A stretch of 64,000 bases of DNA from positions 3,552,001-3,616,000 of the forward strand of contig OZ244252.1 in the NCBI GenBank assembly GCA_965217185.1. The letters are read 5' to 3'. Under the pieces are notes generated by a model that worked only from the letters and a program-made list of their open reading frames with translations, was not told where the DNA came from and did no database searches. The stretch comes from an uncultured Candidatus Entotheonella sp. (GTDB lineage: Bacteria; Tectomicrobia; Entotheonellia; Entotheonellales; Entotheonellaceae). Positions 10,050-24,875 of this stretch are shown piece after piece; positions within the stretch are counted from its first letter, which is position 1; each line of letters starts with the position of its first letter. The position numbers and the translations under genes are program-made.

Positions 10050-10270
10050 AGCAGGGACGCCCAAAGGCGTCCACGCCAGACCGACTCGCGCGAGGGCTTC
10101 AAGGCCATCCAGCATGGGCGCTAGTAACGGGTGATTTCCACCCCCTTCCAGCTCATGAAATACTTTTACGGGTGGCGTGACGGCGACGCTTTCGACTGCA
10201 TGATGGATGCGCTTGGTGATCTTGGGCGGGCCAAGCCAATAGTAGCCATTATCGACAGCCAGAGTGTAGC
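10050..10270 (+). mobile_element. Highly degraded IS5-family (IS1031/IS427-like) transposase remnant
   Basis: Fragments in shifting frames: GRPK, TDSREGFKAIQH, WALVTGDF, YFYGWRD...MMDAL, AIIDSQSV (DDE first-Asp motif). Confidence 0.6.
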
Positions 10271-10323
10271 GTGGATCGCTAAGCAACTCCGAGATACATG
10301 CTGTCAAGGACAGCCGCGCATGA

Positions 10324-12897
10324 CTACCCCGACGCGCCGTTGGAACTCCCCGGAAGCAGCGGGCCGCCCTCACTCGTATCCTCCGTCTCATCGATGTCGT
10401 CCTCCCCGTCCTCCTCAATGCGTACCGCGCCGACGAGGCGCTGGTCAGCTCGCAGATTGATGAGCCGCACGCCCTGGGTATTGCGACCGGTGGGCCGGAT
10501 ATCGCCAACTGGTAGGCGGACCAGGTTGCCTTGATCGCTCATAACCATGACGTCGTCCTCATCAAAAACCTGCAAGATACCCATGACAGGCCCGGTTTTG
10601 GCCGTGATGCGCAGGTTGATGAGTCCCTTGCCGCCGCGGCTTTGGGCACGGTATTCGGACTCGGTGGTACGTTTGCCGTAACCACTTTCGGAAACAGTCA
10701 GAATCGTGGAATCGGGACTGAGGACCTCCATGCCGATGACCTCGTCGTCCTTGGCGAGCCGGAGGCCCTTGACGCCGCGAGCCGTGCGCCCGATGACCCG
10801 TGCGTCCGATTCGTTGAAGCGAATGGCCAAGCCCTTGCGGGTGCCGAGGAAAATGTCCTGGTCGCCTTGGGTGACGCCGACACGAATGAGTTCGTCGCCG
10901 TCGTCGAGGTTCAGGGCGATGATACCGGCTTGCCTGGGGTTGCTGTACGCCTTGAGGGAGGTCTTTTTCACGACGCCGAACTTGGTGGCCATAATCAGGT
11001 AGCGGTCGATCTCGAAGCGCCGGATCGGCACCACCGTGGAAATGCGCTCGTCGGGCTGGAGTTGCAACAGGTTGACCACCGCCTTGCCCTTGGCGATTCG
11101 GCTGGCTAATGGTAGTTGGTAGACCTTGAGCCAATGGATCTTGCCAATGTTGGTAAAGAACAACAAGTAGTCGTGCGTCGAGGCGATGAAGAGTTGCTCG
11201 ACGAAATCCTCCTCGCGCGTCTGCATGGCCATCTTGCCTTTACCGCCGCGGTGTTGGTTCTGGTACAGGCTGACGGGTTGACGCTTGATATAGCCGGTGT
11301 GGCTTTTCGTCACCACCATGTCTTCTTCGACGATGAGGTCTTCGAGGTGGATTTCTTCCTCGGCATCGACGATTTCCGTGCGCCTTGCGTCGCCGTACTG
11401 TTCCTTGAGAGCGAGAAGGTCATCTTTGATGATGCCTTGCAGGCGGGCGTCGTTGGCCAGAATGTCTTCGTAGTCCTGGATGATTTCGCGAAGTTCGGTA
11501 TGCTCGGTGAGAATTTTGTCGCGCTCCAGCCCGGTCAGGCGTTGCAAGCGTAAGTCCAAAATGGCCTGCGCCTGAATGGCTGAGAGCGTCGGAAGTGCTT
11601 CGTCGTCCGCGAAATCTAGGGCTCCTTGTCCAACCGCCTCAGTTTCAAGAAGGCCGAACCTGCCCTCCATAAGCCCCTGGCGCGCCTCGTCCGGCGAGGC
11701 GGCGTTGCGAATGAGCTCGATGACGGCGTCGAGATGATCCAAGGCAATCAAGAGACCAACCAGCACATGCTCACGCTCCCGAGCACGCTCCAGGTCATGC
11801 TGCGTACGGCGTACGATGACTTCGCGGCGGTGCTCCAGGAAATAGATCAGCATTTCTTTCAGGGTCAGAACATGCGGCTCGTTGTCGACCAGCGCCAGCA
11901 TGATGATGCCAAACGTCGACTGCAGTTGCGTATTGGCATAGAGCTGGTTCAGCACTACTTGGGAAACCGCGTCGCGCTTGAGATCAATGACGATACGCAT
12001 GCCGCGGCGGTCGGATTCGTCGCGCAGATCGGCAATCCCCTCGATCTTCTTGGCCCGCACCATTTCGGCAATGCGCTCCAGGAGCCTGGTCTTATTCAAC
12101 TGATAGGGGATCTCACGGACGATGATACTCTCGCGCTCAGTGCGGTCCGACACCTCGACATCACACCGGCCGCGAAGTCGCAGGAAGCCGCGCCCGGTAT
12201 GGTAGGCCTCCAGGATGCCTTGCCGGCCATGGATGAAACCCGCGGTGGGGAAATCCGGCCCAGGGAGGCATTCCATCAACTCGGGCAACGTGCAGTCCGG
12301 GTGTTCGAGAACGAGGACCAGGGCCTCGATGACTTCCGCAAGATTGTGCGGCGGGATGTTCGTTGCCATGCCGACGGCGATGCCGGACGAACCGTTGACC
12401 AACAGGTTGGGAATGGCGGAGGGTAAAACGGTCGGCTCTTGCCTCGTCTCGTCGTAGTTGGGGACGTAGTCAACGGTGCTTTTGTTGATGTCGCGCAGCA
12501 TTTCCTCGCCGAGGCGGGTCATGCGCGCCTCGGTGTAACGCATCGCGGCGGGCGGATCGCCGTCCACCGAACCAAAATTTCCCTGCCCGTCAATCAGCGG
12601 GTAACGCAGCGAGAAATCCTGCGCCATGCGTACCAGCGACGGATACACGGCGCTCTCGCCGTGCGGATGGTAGTTGCCGCTGACGTCGCCGGCGATCTTG
12701 GCGCATTTGCGGTGCGCGCGGTTGGCCGTCAGGTTCAGGTCTCGCATGGTAGTGAGAATGCGCCGATGCACCGGCTTAAGGCCATCTCGCACATCGGGCA
12801 GCGCCCGGCTGATGATGACCGACATCGCGTAGTCCATGAAGGACGTGCGGAGTTCGTCGGTAATACTAATCGGCGTAGAGTTTGCTTGAATGGCCAT
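10324..12897 (-). CDS. gyrA: DNA gyrase subunit A
   Basis: [27 protein letters not shown] catalytic Tyr, GyrA-box QHRGGKG, beta-pinwheel repeats. Confidence 0.99.
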   Translation of the reverse strand: MAIQANSTPISITDELRTSFMDYAMSVIISRALPDVRDGLKPVHRRILTTMRDLNLTANRAHRKCAKIAGDVSGNYHPHGESAVYPSLVRMAQDFSLRYPLIDGQGNFGSVDGDPPAAMRYTEARMTRLGEEMLRDINKSTVDYVPNYDETRQEPTVLPSAIPNLLVNGSSGIAVGMATNIPPHNLAEVIEALVLVLEHPDCTLPELMECLPGPDFPTAGFIHGRQGILEAYHTGRGFLRLRGRCDVEVSDRTERESIIVREIPYQLNKTRLLERIAEMVRAKKIEGIADLRDESDRRGMRIVIDLKRDAVSQVVLNQLYANTQLQSTFGIIMLALVDNEPHVLTLKEMLIYFLEHRREVIVRRTQHDLERAREREHVLVGLLIALDHLDAVIELIRNAASPDEARQGLMEGRFGLLETEAVGQGALDFADDEALPTLSAIQAQAILDLRLQRLTGLERDKILTEHTELREIIQDYEDILANDARLQGIIKDDLLALKEQYGDARRTEIVDAEEEIHLEDLIVEEDMVVTKSHTGYIKRQPVSLYQNQHRGGKGKMAMQTREEDFVEQLFIASTHDYLLFFTNIGKIHWLKVYQLPLASRIAKGKAVVNLLQLQPDERISTVVPIRRFEIDRYLIMATKFGVVKKTSLKAYSNPRQAGIIALNLDDGDELIRVGVTQGDQDIFLGTRKGLAIRFNESDARVIGRTARGVKGLRLAKDDEVIGMEVLSPDSTILTVSESGYGKRTTESEYRAQSRGGKGLINLRITAKTGPVMGILQVFDEDDVMVMSDQGNLVRLPVGDIRPTGRNTQGVRLINLRADQRLVGAVRIEEDGEDDIDETEDTSEGGPLLPGSSNGASG

Positions 12898-12908
12898 GTC
12901 ATCCCTGC

Positions 12909-16537
<3,629 letters not shown>

Positions 16538-16565
16538 TGCTCTTCCTGTTCGTAAACAAGGGACG

Positions 16566-17666
16566 TCAGACCCGCATTGGCATGATGACGTAGAAGAATG
16601 TATCGCTCTCGGACGGCCGGAGAATGACCGGGTTTACCGCGTCGGTAAGTTCCAGGCATACGTCACGCTCGGTCGTAACGGCCAGCACTTCCATGAGATA
16701 TCGGGCGTTAAAGCCAATCGTCAGGTTGTCACCTTGGTAATCGGTCGGAATCTGATCGGTTGCCTCGCCCATTTCCGGCGTGTTGGAACACAACGTGAGA
16801 TGTTGGGAGTCAAAATCAATGCGTACCGGCCGGGTCTTTTCGTTAGACAAAAGGGACACGCGCCGCAGAGCTCGTAGCAGACCTTCGTGGGCGACGGTTG
16901 CGGTAGCTTTATGCTCTTTCGGTATGACGCCCTGATAATCCGGGAACTGGCCTTCGATAAGGCGGGTTACCAGTATGGCGCGGTCTTTACGGAAGACTAG
17001 GTGATTGGGCAGAACTGCAATTTCTATCTTTTCAGACTCGCCATCGGCTGAGAAGCGGCTGACTTCCTCAAGAGCTTTGCGGGGAACGATGACTTGTAAG
17101 CTCTTATCCAGGTCCATCGGTTGTTTGACGTGTGCCAACCGATGACCGTCAGTGGCCACCATAGTCATATTGCCGTTTTCGCAGGTCATCAACACACCAC
17201 TAAGTGTATAGCGTGTCTCGTCATGCGAAGTCGCGAAAACCGTGTGGCGAATCATATCGTCAAAGGCATTGCTATCCACCGCGGTGAACTCGGCATCGTC
17301 GATGGAGGGTAGGGCAGGGTACTCATCCGCCGGTAGACAGGGAACTTTGAACTTGGATGCACCCGCTGTCAGGTGTGCCCAACCTTCGCTGTTAATGGCA
17401 AGATTGACACTCACGCCCGCTGGCAATTCACGCAGGATATCGTAGGTTTTACGGGCTGGTAGCGTCGTCGCTCCGGGTTGGTTCACCGTTGTATCCAAGT
17501 AGCCCTTGTAGCCCAGTTCGAGGTCGGTGGCATGGATCACGGTCTCATCGCTGGCCGCAGTCAACAGAAAATGGGACAGGATGGGTAGGGTGTTCTTCCG
17601 CTCAACGATGCCCTGTATTTTCTGCAAACCTTTCAGGAAAATATCTTGGCTGATAGTGAGGTTCAT
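16566..17666 (-). CDS. dnaN: DNA polymerase III beta clamp
   Basis: ATDLE, VATDGHRL, GQFPDY, IGFNARYL, C-terminal VIMPMRV. Confidence 0.99.
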   Translation of the reverse strand: MNLTISQDIFLKGLQKIQGIVERKNTLPILSHFLLTAASDETVIHATDLELGYKGYLDTTVNQPGATTLPARKTYDILRELPAGVSVNLAINSEGWAHLTAGASKFKVPCLPADEYPALPSIDDAEFTAVDSNAFDDMIRHTVFATSHDETRYTLSGVLMTCENGNMTMVATDGHRLAHVKQPMDLDKSLQVIVPRKALEEVSRFSADGESEKIEIAVLPNHLVFRKDRAILVTRLIEGQFPDYQGVIPKEHKATATVAHEGLLRALRRVSLLSNEKTRPVRIDFDSQHLTLCSNTPEMGEATDQIPTDYQGDNLTIGFNARYLMEVLAVTTERDVCLELTDAVNPVILRPSESDTFFYVIMPMRV

Positions 17667-17860
17667 GATTTGCTTTTCTCCTGCCTTTTAAAATTAAACA
17701 TTAGTAAACTTAAGTTCGGTGCATATGTGAAGAAAGGTTTCAACCCTTTCTTTACACGGTGTTTTCCTTGTGAGTAAGTTTTCCCCTGTGGATAATAATT
17801 TATCCACACACCCGATTTGCCTCCGCCTGTGGAAAACTGATATCCGTGATTTCCACACCT
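17667..17860. other. oriC: Probable chromosomal replication origin (oriC)
   Basis: Perfect DnaA boxes TGTGGATAA (17787-17795) and TTATCCACA (17800-17808); mismatched boxes near 17726, 17769, 17828 and 17849; AT-rich tract 17687-17714; lies between dnaA and dnaN. Confidence 0.85.
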
Positions 17861-18927
17861 ATATTTGCAAGTGTTTTGCGCAGTGCACGGATAGTTCCTG
17901 CGAGACCTACATCGTTGTCCATCAAACCGCTGATCCTCTTGTAAGCATGGTGAACCGTAGACGTACTACGGCTACCAAATAGCCGGCCGATTTCCGGTAA
18001 TGGTACGTCGGTCAGTTCCTGGCACAGGTACATAGCAATTTGGCGCGCTATCAGGACAAGGTGGCCACGATGTTTAGCCTTGATATCCGATAACTTCACG
18101 CCGAAATGGCTGGCAACGGTTTGTTGGATGACCGAAACCTGATGCTGACTCGTTGTCTGTGTCTGTCGTAACATGTCGCTGATGAGTCCATCGTCGATGG
18201 AGCTGTCGTGCAGCGAGGCATACGTTGCCAAGCGGGTCAGGCTGTTTTCCAGTTCTCGAATGTTCATCCGCAAATCGGATGCGATGAGACTCGCTACGCT
18301 GTCGGGCAATGAGATATGGTAAGCGGCGGCTTTCTGGTGGAGAATGGCCAATCGTGTTTCCAGTTCTGGAGGCTGAATCTCAACGATAACCCCGCAACTC
18401 AGCCGTGACTGTAGGCGCAGGTCGAGAGACGTGATGTCCTGAGGTGTTGTCGTGCTCGCCATGATGATCTGCTTGCCGGTATTCAGTAGATTATCGAGGG
18501 TATGCAGTAGCATTTCCTGCGTGTAGCTCTTACCGGCGATGTCCTGGAGGTCGTCTACAAGCAGTATGTCCGTCTTCAGATACTGGTTACGCAGTGTCTC
18601 GATACGGCCATTTTGTAAGGCATTGTGTAGTTTGTAGCTAAGGCTGTCAGGTGTCAGATAGGTAGTCTGCCAAGCGGGTTTACCTTCTCTGAGGTGGTGG
18701 CCGATGGCATGCAGCAAATGGGTTTTGCCCAAGCCGTCTCCCGCCCGAATGAGCAGCGGATTATATGCGATGGCTGGGTCGTTGGCGACAGCCAGAGCGG
18801 CTTGGTATGCGAGTCGGTTGGAGGGGCCGGCTATGAAGTTGATGAATGTATGATTCATAATGTCAGGGAGGGTTGTGGTGACTGAAGGGAAGGTGGCATC
18901 AGGACAGTAGAAATTCACATTTTGCAC
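17800..18927 (-). CDS. dnaA: Replication initiator DnaA, short and divergent (domains III-IV only)
   Basis: TF.NFI.GPSNRLA, YNPL..AGDGLGKTHL, LLVDD, RLQSRL, NIRELE, RQIAMYL; canonical position between rpmH and dnaN. Confidence 0.92.
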   Translation of the reverse strand: MQNVNFYCPDATFPSVTTTLPDIMNHTFINFIAGPSNRLAYQAALAVANDPAIAYNPLLIRAGDGLGKTHLLHAIGHHLREGKPAWQTTYLTPDSLSYKLHNALQNGRIETLRNQYLKTDILLVDDLQDIAGKSYTQEMLLHTLDNLLNTGKQIIMASTTTPQDITSLDLRLQSRLSCGVIVEIQPPELETRLAILHQKAAAYHISLPDSVASLIASDLRMNIRELENSLTRLATYASLHDSSIDDGLISDMLRQTQTTSQHQVSVIQQTVASHFGVKLSDIKAKHRGHLVLIARQIAMYLCQELTDVPLPEIGRLFGSRSTSTVHHAYKRISGLMDNDVGLAGTIRALRKTLANIGVEITDISFPQAEANRVCG

Positions 18928-18934
18928 AAGCCGA

Positions 18935-18964
18935 ATACTAGCAAATTTGTCGTTCTATGACAAA
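18935..18964 (-). promoter_or_regulatory. Putative dnaA promoter overlapped by palindrome TTTGTC-N7-GACAAA
   Basis: TTGTCA-N17-TAGTAT with TG extension on the minus strand; inverted repeat at 18946-18964. Confidence 0.55.
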
Positions 18965-18991
18965 GTCTTATTGCATCTTCTCAGGCGTTTC

Positions 18992-19020
18992 TTGACACCC
19001 ACTTGGCGTGGGTGATACCC
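18992..19020 (+). promoter_or_regulatory. Putative rpmH promoter
   Basis: Perfect TTGACA -35 with weak -10 (GATACC/TACCCT). Confidence 0.5.
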
Positions 19021-19073
19021 TCTGCCTTCTCAAACCATACGTTTCCATTTTCAGACAGGTTACTCCAAAACCC

Positions 19074-19226
19074 ATGAAACGGACCTATCAACCGAAGAGG
19101 GCGAAGAGGCTGCGGAAGCACGGCTTCCGCGCCCGGATGGCGACCAAGGATGGTCGTCGCGTGCTACGGAGGCGACGCCTCAAAGGCCGGTGGCGTTTGA
19201 CCGTCAAGGCTAGTCGCAACGATTGA
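19074..19226 (+). CDS. rpmH: 50S ribosomal protein L34
   Basis: [19 protein letters not shown]. Confidence 0.98.
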   Translation: MKRTYQPKRAKRLRKHGFRARMATKDGRRVLRRRRLKGRWRLTVKASRND

Positions 19227-19239
19227 TGGAAGACGGCGT

Positions 19240-19599
19240 ATGGGTGACCAGCGCCTGCAACCCGTAGAACGATTGCGGTGTTCGGGGGCCTATCGGCGGG
19301 TTTTCCAACAAGGGAAGAAGCTGTTAAGCCCTCTCTTTGTCCTCTACATCTTGCCTACCTCGCAACCCCACTCACGTCTGGGTTTGGCCGTGTCGAAACG
19401 CATTGGCTCGGCGGTGGTGCGTAATCGGGTCAAACGCCGTCTGCGCGAGGTGTTTCGCCGTCACAAGGACCTGTTGAACCCGCACTGTGACGTTGTTGTC
19501 GTAGCCCGTAGTGCAGCGGCCAATGCGCCGGCCAGCGTCTACACGGAACAGTTTTGCGGGTTGTTGCGGCGCTCGCCAGGCGGGAAGCAAGAAGCCTGA
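19240..19599 (+). CDS. rnpA: RNase P protein component
   Basis: [25 protein letters not shown]. Confidence 0.97.
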   Translation: MGDQRLQPVERLRCSGAYRRVFQQGKKLLSPLFVLYILPTSQPHSRLGLAVSKRIGSAVVRNRVKRRLREVFRRHKDLLNPHCDVVVVARSAAANAPASVYTEQFCGLLRRSPGGKQEA

Positions 19600-19606
19600 G
19601 TTCGTG

Positions 19607-19843
19607 ATGACTAAACTGTTGATCGTTCTCATCCGGGTGTACCAAAAGGCCCTGTCGCCTCTCTTTCCCCCGTCTTGCCGTTTCTATCCCAGTTGTTCTG
19701 AATATGTCATCCAGGCGCTGCGCGCGTATGGATTGTGGCGCGGTCTGTTGAAAGGTGCTTGGCGCTTGCTGCGCTGTCAGCCCTTGTCACGCGGCGGCGT
19801 TGATTTTCCCATCCCTGGTGGGAAGCGTGTCATAGGACGTTAG
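19607..19843 (+). CDS. yidD: Membrane protein insertion efficiency factor YidD
   Basis: [24 protein letters not shown]. Confidence 0.96.
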   Translation: MTKLLIVLIRVYQKALSPLFPPSCRFYPSCSEYVIQALRAYGLWRGLLKGAWRLLRCQPLSRGGVDFPIPGGKRVIGR

Positions 19844-19844
19844 C

Positions 19845-21536
19845 ATGGAAAAACGAGCCATTCTGGCCATCGTGTTCTCCTTGGTCGTGGTCGTTGCGTG
19901 GTCGATTTTGTTCGCGCCTTCGACACCGCCCCCAACCGAATTTGACGAGACCGTTCCGCCCAGTGCCCTTTCGCCCGATACGCAGCTACCGCCGGAATCC
20001 ATCCGCATTGCGGAACAGGAAGCCCCGCCCGCTCCCGGCGAAGCCGTGAAGCCGACTGATTCTAATATTCAGGAGCGACTCATCCAGATTGATACCGGTG
20101 TGGCGCTCGTCACCCTGACGAGCCGCGGTGCCGGGGTGCAGACGGTGCAGTTTCACGATTATCACACGGGTCTTGACGACGACGCGGCGCCCATTGAGAT
20201 TACCCCAGTGCGCGGTGCATCAACGGTGCCGCTGGCGGCCGACGTTGTGATAGACGGCACCCTGACAATCCCGCTGGGCCGCCAGATCTTCGCGAGCGAT
20301 AGTGAGGACGTGGCACTGTCCGACAACCGTACGGACGCCGAGGTCAGCTTTCATACCACTCTGGAAAACGGCGTCACCGTACGCCGCAATTATCGTTTTA
20401 CCCTCGGTCGATACGACTTTGAGGTAGGCACCTCGGTGGAGGGTTTGCCGCCGCGTGCCAGCAATGCCTTGCATCTGCAATGGGGACCCGGGCTTCTCGA
20501 CCCCGGCGATGACGAGGTGCGCCGCGGCCAGACGTCCGCCCTGCCCCGGAGTTACGTAGGCGGCAAAATTTTCGATGTGGTCCCGGATGAGGACGGCGCA
20601 CCCGTCGTCGAGCAGGGACCCGTCTCGTGGGCTTCCCTCGGCGATACCTATTTTACCGCCGTCCTCATTCCCCGCGAGCCGCAAGCCGATGCCGTCATCG
20701 TCAGCAATAGCCGGGAGGGGGCGCTGAATGTTGCCGTCCGTACCCCATTGTACCCCGACAGTCCTCAGCAAATCGTGCAGGTATACGTCGGGCCCAAGGA
20801 GAAGCCTCTACTGGAGGCCGTTGAGCCCTCGCTAGGCAAGGTCATTGATCTTGGCTTTTTCTCCCCCATGGCCCGGCCCATGCTGCAGCTTCTGCGTTTG
20901 GTCAACCGCTGGGTTCACAACTACGGCCTGTCCATCATTCTCGTCACAATTCTTATTAAAATCGTCTTCTGGCCGCTGACCCATAAAAGCTACAAGTCCA
21001 TGAAGGCGATGCAGAAATTGCAACCCAAAATGAAGGAGTTGCAAGCGCTCTACAAGGACGACAAGCAAGGCCTCAACCGCGCGACGATGCAGCTCTACCG
21101 CGACCAGAAGGTCAACCCGATGGGCGGCTGCCTGCCGATGATCCTGCAAATTCCCTTCTTCTTCGCCTTTTACAATGCCCTCCTGTATTCCATTGAATTG
21201 CGCCACGCCCCCTTTATCTGTTGGGAAAACGAGGTTCTTTGGGGCTTCCGCGGCATCTGCGATCTGTCGGTGTATGACCCGTCGTACATCACCCCCGTGC
21301 TGATGGGCGCCAGCATGTTCTGGCAGCAGAGTATGACACCCACCGTGGGCGATCCGACGCAGGCCAAGATCATGAAGTTCATGCCGCTGATGTTTCTGTT
21401 CTTTTTCCTGAACGCGCCTGCTGGGTTGGTGGTGTACTGGCTGGTCAACAACGTGCTCAGCGTCATGCAGCAGATGTTGACGAATCGTGCCCGCGGGCTG
21501 GAAAAAGCCAACGCCGGGGCCGTGAGCAAGCGTTAG
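19845..21536 (+). CDS. yidC: Membrane protein insertase YidC
   Basis: [27 protein letters not shown] motifs. Confidence 0.98.
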   Translation: MEKRAILAIVFSLVVVVAWSILFAPSTPPPTEFDETVPPSALSPDTQLPPESIRIAEQEAPPAPGEAVKPTDSNIQERLIQIDTGVALVTLTSRGAGVQTVQFHDYHTGLDDDAAPIEITPVRGASTVPLAADVVIDGTLTIPLGRQIFASDSEDVALSDNRTDAEVSFHTTLENGVTVRRNYRFTLGRYDFEVGTSVEGLPPRASNALHLQWGPGLLDPGDDEVRRGQTSALPRSYVGGKIFDVVPDEDGAPVVEQGPVSWASLGDTYFTAVLIPREPQADAVIVSNSREGALNVAVRTPLYPDSPQQIVQVYVGPKEKPLLEAVEPSLGKVIDLGFFSPMARPMLQLLRLVNRWVHNYGLSIILVTILIKIVFWPLTHKSYKSMKAMQKLQPKMKELQALYKDDKQGLNRATMQLYRDQKVNPMGGCLPMILQIPFFFAFYNALLYSIELRHAPFICWENEVLWGFRGICDLSVYDPSYITPVLMGASMFWQQSMTPTVGDPTQAKIMKFMPLMFLFFFLNAPAGLVVYWLVNNVLSVMQQMLTNRARGLEKANAGAVSKR

Positions 21537-21547
21537 GAGGGGGAGGT

Positions 21548-22927
21548 GTGGAGGCGTCCTGGCACGACACGATAGCCGCCATTGCCACGCCGCTGGGCGT
21601 CGGCGGGATCGGTGTGGTGCGCGTCAGCGGCCCGGACGCCGTAGCCGTGGCGCAGCGGGTATTCGTACGGCCTAGCGGTTTGCCACTAACACGTTTGCAA
21701 TCGCATCACGTTTATCATGGATTCGTGGTCGATGCGCAAGGCGAGCGCATCGACGAAGCGCTGCTCTGCGCCATGCGGCAGCCACATTCCTACACCCGCG
21801 AGGACGTGGCGGAGATCAGTTGCCACGGCGGCGTGATGACCACGCAGCGCGTCCTGGAAACGGTTTTGGCGCAGGGCGTGCGGGTGGCCGAGCCCGGCGA
21901 GTTTACGCGGCGGGCGTTCCTGAACGGGCGCCTTGATCTCACCCAGGCCGAGGCGGTGATCGACCTGATCAACGCCCGCACCCAGGCGAGCCATCGTGCC
22001 GCCATCAATCAGCTCGACGGCGCCTTGTCCCGTCATCTCCGGGCGATACGCGAGGAGTTGATACAGGTCAGCGTCTACCTGGAGGCCGGGATCGATTTTC
22101 CCGAGGAAGACTTGCAATTGGTCTCTGAAGCGGTCCTCTGCGAGCGGTTGCAGGGTGTGGCGACCCAGTTGGAAGCCCTCAGCACCTCGTTTGCGCGCGG
22201 CCGCTTGCTGCGCGACGGCATGGCCGTGGCTGTCGTTGGTCGCCCCAACGTGGGGAAATCCAGCCTGCTGAACGCCCTGCTGGGCCGCGACCGCGCTATC
22301 GTATCACCGCAGCCGGGCACGACGCGCGACACTATTGAAGAGGAACTGAGCCTCGACGGCGTGCTGATCCGACTGACCGATACCGCCGGCCTGCACACCG
22401 CGGCGGATTTGATTGAGCAGGAAGGTATGCGCCGCGCCCGTACCGCGGTCGAACGCGCCGAATTGCTGATCGTCGTGCTTGACGGCAGCGCCGCACTGAC
22501 CGCGGACGACCTTCTGGTACTGGCCGAGACAGTCGAAACGCCCCGCCTGTTGGTGCGCAACAAGTGCGACCTGCCTCCGTCCTGGACCACCGCCGACTTG
22601 GCGTCGTCTGGCCCCGTGCTGGACGTTTCGGCCTTGCGGCAACATGGCCTGCACGAGCTTGAGCAAACCATCGTGCGGCAAGCGCTGGGCAACGAGCCGC
22701 TGGGTCAGGATGAGGTGCTTCTAACCCGCGCCCGACACCACCAGAGCATCGTCAGCGCCCTGGAGAACGTCCGCACGGCGCGGCACGGCCTGCAGCACCA
22801 GATGCCGCTTGAGTGCGTGGCGCTCGACGTCGGCGAGGCGTTGCAAAACATCGCCGACGTGCTCGGGGAGAGCGTCGCGGGCGAGGTACTGAACCGCATT
22901 TTCCATCAGTTCTGTGTGGGCAAATGA
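21548..22927 (+). CDS. mnmE: tRNA modification GTPase MnmE
   Basis: [45 protein letters not shown]. Confidence 0.98.
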   Translation: MEASWHDTIAAIATPLGVGGIGVVRVSGPDAVAVAQRVFVRPSGLPLTRLQSHHVYHGFVVDAQGERIDEALLCAMRQPHSYTREDVAEISCHGGVMTTQRVLETVLAQGVRVAEPGEFTRRAFLNGRLDLTQAEAVIDLINARTQASHRAAINQLDGALSRHLRAIREELIQVSVYLEAGIDFPEEDLQLVSEAVLCERLQGVATQLEALSTSFARGRLLRDGMAVAVVGRPNVGKSSLLNALLGRDRAIVSPQPGTTRDTIEEELSLDGVLIRLTDTAGLHTAADLIEQEGMRRARTAVERAELLIVVLDGSAALTADDLLVLAETVETPRLLVRNKCDLPPSWTTADLASSGPVLDVSALRQHGLHELEQTIVRQALGNEPLGQDEVLLTRARHHQSIVSALENVRTARHGLQHQMPLECVALDVGEALQNIADVLGESVAGEVLNRIFHQFCVGK

Positions 22928-22946
22928 CCCTTGTAAGGAGCCGGCC

Positions 22947-24875
22947 ATGCCCGTGGCATCGATAACCCGGACCTATGACGTGATCGTGGTGGGAGCCGGC
23001 CACGCCGGCTGCGAGGCCGCCCTGGCCGCGGCGCGCATGGGCTGCCGCACCGCCGTGTTCACCACCAATCTGGACAGCATCGCCCTGATGCCGTGCAACC
23101 CCGCCATCGGCGGCATCGCCAAGGGCCATCTGGTGCGCGAAATCGACGCCATGGGCGGCGAAATGGCCCGCTGCATCGACAAGACCGGCATCCAGTTTCG
23201 CGTTCTGAACCGCAGCAAGGGCCCCGCCGTGCGCGGCTACCGAGCCCAGGCTGACAAGCTGGGCTATCGCCTGGAGATGAAAGCGCGGTTGGAGGCGCAG
23301 GACGGCCTGGATATCAAGCAGGCGCTAATCGAGCGCTTGTTGGTCGAGGGCGACCGCGTCTGCGGCGTCGTCACCCAGATGGGCGAAACCTACCAGGCGC
23401 CCGCCATTGTGGTCAGCACCGGCACCTTTCTCGGCGGCGTGATTCACGTCGGGCTGCGGCAGTTTCCCGCCGGACGCGCCGGCGAGTTCCCGGCCAACGG
23501 CCTGTCGCAGGACTACGCCGATCACGGTTTCCCACTCGGTCGCCTCAAAACCGGCACCTGCCCACGCCTCAACGCCCGTACCATCGACTTCGACAGCCTG
23601 GAGGTGCAGCCCGGCGACGAGCCACCGCCGCCGTTCTCGTTCGACACCGAGGCCATTACCCAATCTCAGTTACCCTGTTATCTGACCTACACCAATGATC
23701 GTACGCACGACGTTATCCGGCAAAATCTCGATCGCTCGCCGCTGTACAGTGGCGTGATCATGGGCGTCGGGCCGCGCTATTGCCCGTCCATCGAAGACAA
23801 GGTCAAGCGCTTTCCCGACAAGACGCGGCACCAGATTTTCCTCGAACCCGAGGGCCGCGACACGGTGGAAATCTATCCGAACGGCATCTCCACCAGCCTG
23901 CCCGAAGACGTGCAGGTGGCCATGGTGCGAACGATTCCCGGCCTGGAAGAGGCCGAGGTCATGCGTCCGGGCTACGCGGTGGAGTACGACTTCGTGCCGC
24001 CCACCGAACTGCGCCCGACCCTGGAAACCAAGCGCATCGCCGGTCTCTACCACGCCGGGCAGATCAACGGCACCACCGGTTACGAGGAGGCCGCGGCACA
24101 GGGCTTGGTGGCCGGCATCAACGCAGCGCTCCAGGTGCAAGGGCGCCCGTCGCTGGCCATCAAGCGCACTGAGGGATATATCGGCGTCCTCATTGACGAT
24201 CTGGTGACACTCGGCACCAGCGAGCCCTACCGCATGTTTACCTCGCGCTCGGAGTATCGCCTCATTCTGCGGCAGGACAACGCCGACCTGCGGCTACGCG
24301 ACAAGGGCTACGAGGTGGGCCTGGTGCCCGAGGATACATACCGGCGTTTCTGTGACAAACGCCAACGCATCGAAGCGGAAATAGGCCGGCTCGCTGCTAG
24401 TCGTGTCATGCCCCACGCCGGGGTCAACGACCTGCTGACGCAACGCGGTACCGACGTCCTGAGTCAGCCGGCCTTTGCATCGGAGCTGCTCAAGCGCCCG
24501 CAATTGACCTACACCGACGTGTTGCAGTTGATGGGCGAGGCGCCCGAGCCTGGCGACGACGTCATCGAACAGGTCGAGATTCACCTGAAGTACGAGGGCT
24601 ACATCCGCCGGCAGCTCGAACAGGTCGCGCGCGTCGCGCAGCTCGAAGACATGCCGTTGCCGACCGACTTCGATTACCGCCAGGTGCCCGGCCTGTCGCT
24701 TGAGATTCAGGAAAAGCTGCTGCACATCCGTCCGGCCTCGCTGGGACAAGCCGGGCGCATTTCCGGCGTCACGCCCGCCGCGGTGGCCATCCTCATGGTC
24801 TATTTTCAGAAGCACCGCAGCCCGTATGCCCACCCCCGATCAACGCCTCAGGACGCGCCTCTGCCAGCAGTGTGA
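22947..24875 (+). CDS. mnmG: tRNA uridine-5-carboxymethylaminomethyl enzyme MnmG
   Basis: [51 protein letters not shown]. Confidence 0.99.
   Translation: MPVASITRTYDVIVVGAGHAGCEAALAAARMGCRTAVFTTNLDSIALMPCNPAIGGIAKGHLVREIDAMGGEMARCIDKTGIQFRVLNRSKGPAVRGYRAQADKLGYRLEMKARLEAQDGLDIKQALIERLLVEGDRVCGVVTQMGETYQAPAIVVSTGTFLGGVIHVGLRQFPAGRAGEFPANGLSQDYADHGFPLGRLKTGTCPRLNARTIDFDSLEVQPGDEPPPPFSFDTEAITQSQLPCYLTYTNDRTHDVIRQNLDRSPLYSGVIMGVGPRYCPSIEDKVKRFPDKTRHQIFLEPEGRDTVEIYPNGISTSLPEDVQVAMVRTIPGLEEAEVMRPGYAVEYDFVPPTELRPTLETKRIAGLYHAGQINGTTGYEEAAAQGLVAGINAALQVQGRPSLAIKRTEGYIGVLIDDLVTLGTSEPYRMFTSRSEYRLILRQDNADLRLRDKGYEVGLVPEDTYRRFCDKRQRIEAEIGRLAASRVMPHAGVNDLLTQRGTDVLSQPAFASELLKRPQLTYTDVLQLMGEAPEPGDDVIEQVEIHLKYEGYIRRQLEQVARVAQLEDMPLPTDFDYRQVPGLSLEIQEKLLHIRPASLGQAGRISGVTPAAVAILMVYFQKHRSPYAHPRSTPQDAPLPAV

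Noticed and set aside
9981..10508. 175 aa ORF overlapping the gyrA end
   Set aside because: Alternate frame of gyrA plus antisense of the IS5 remnant; no coherent protein features
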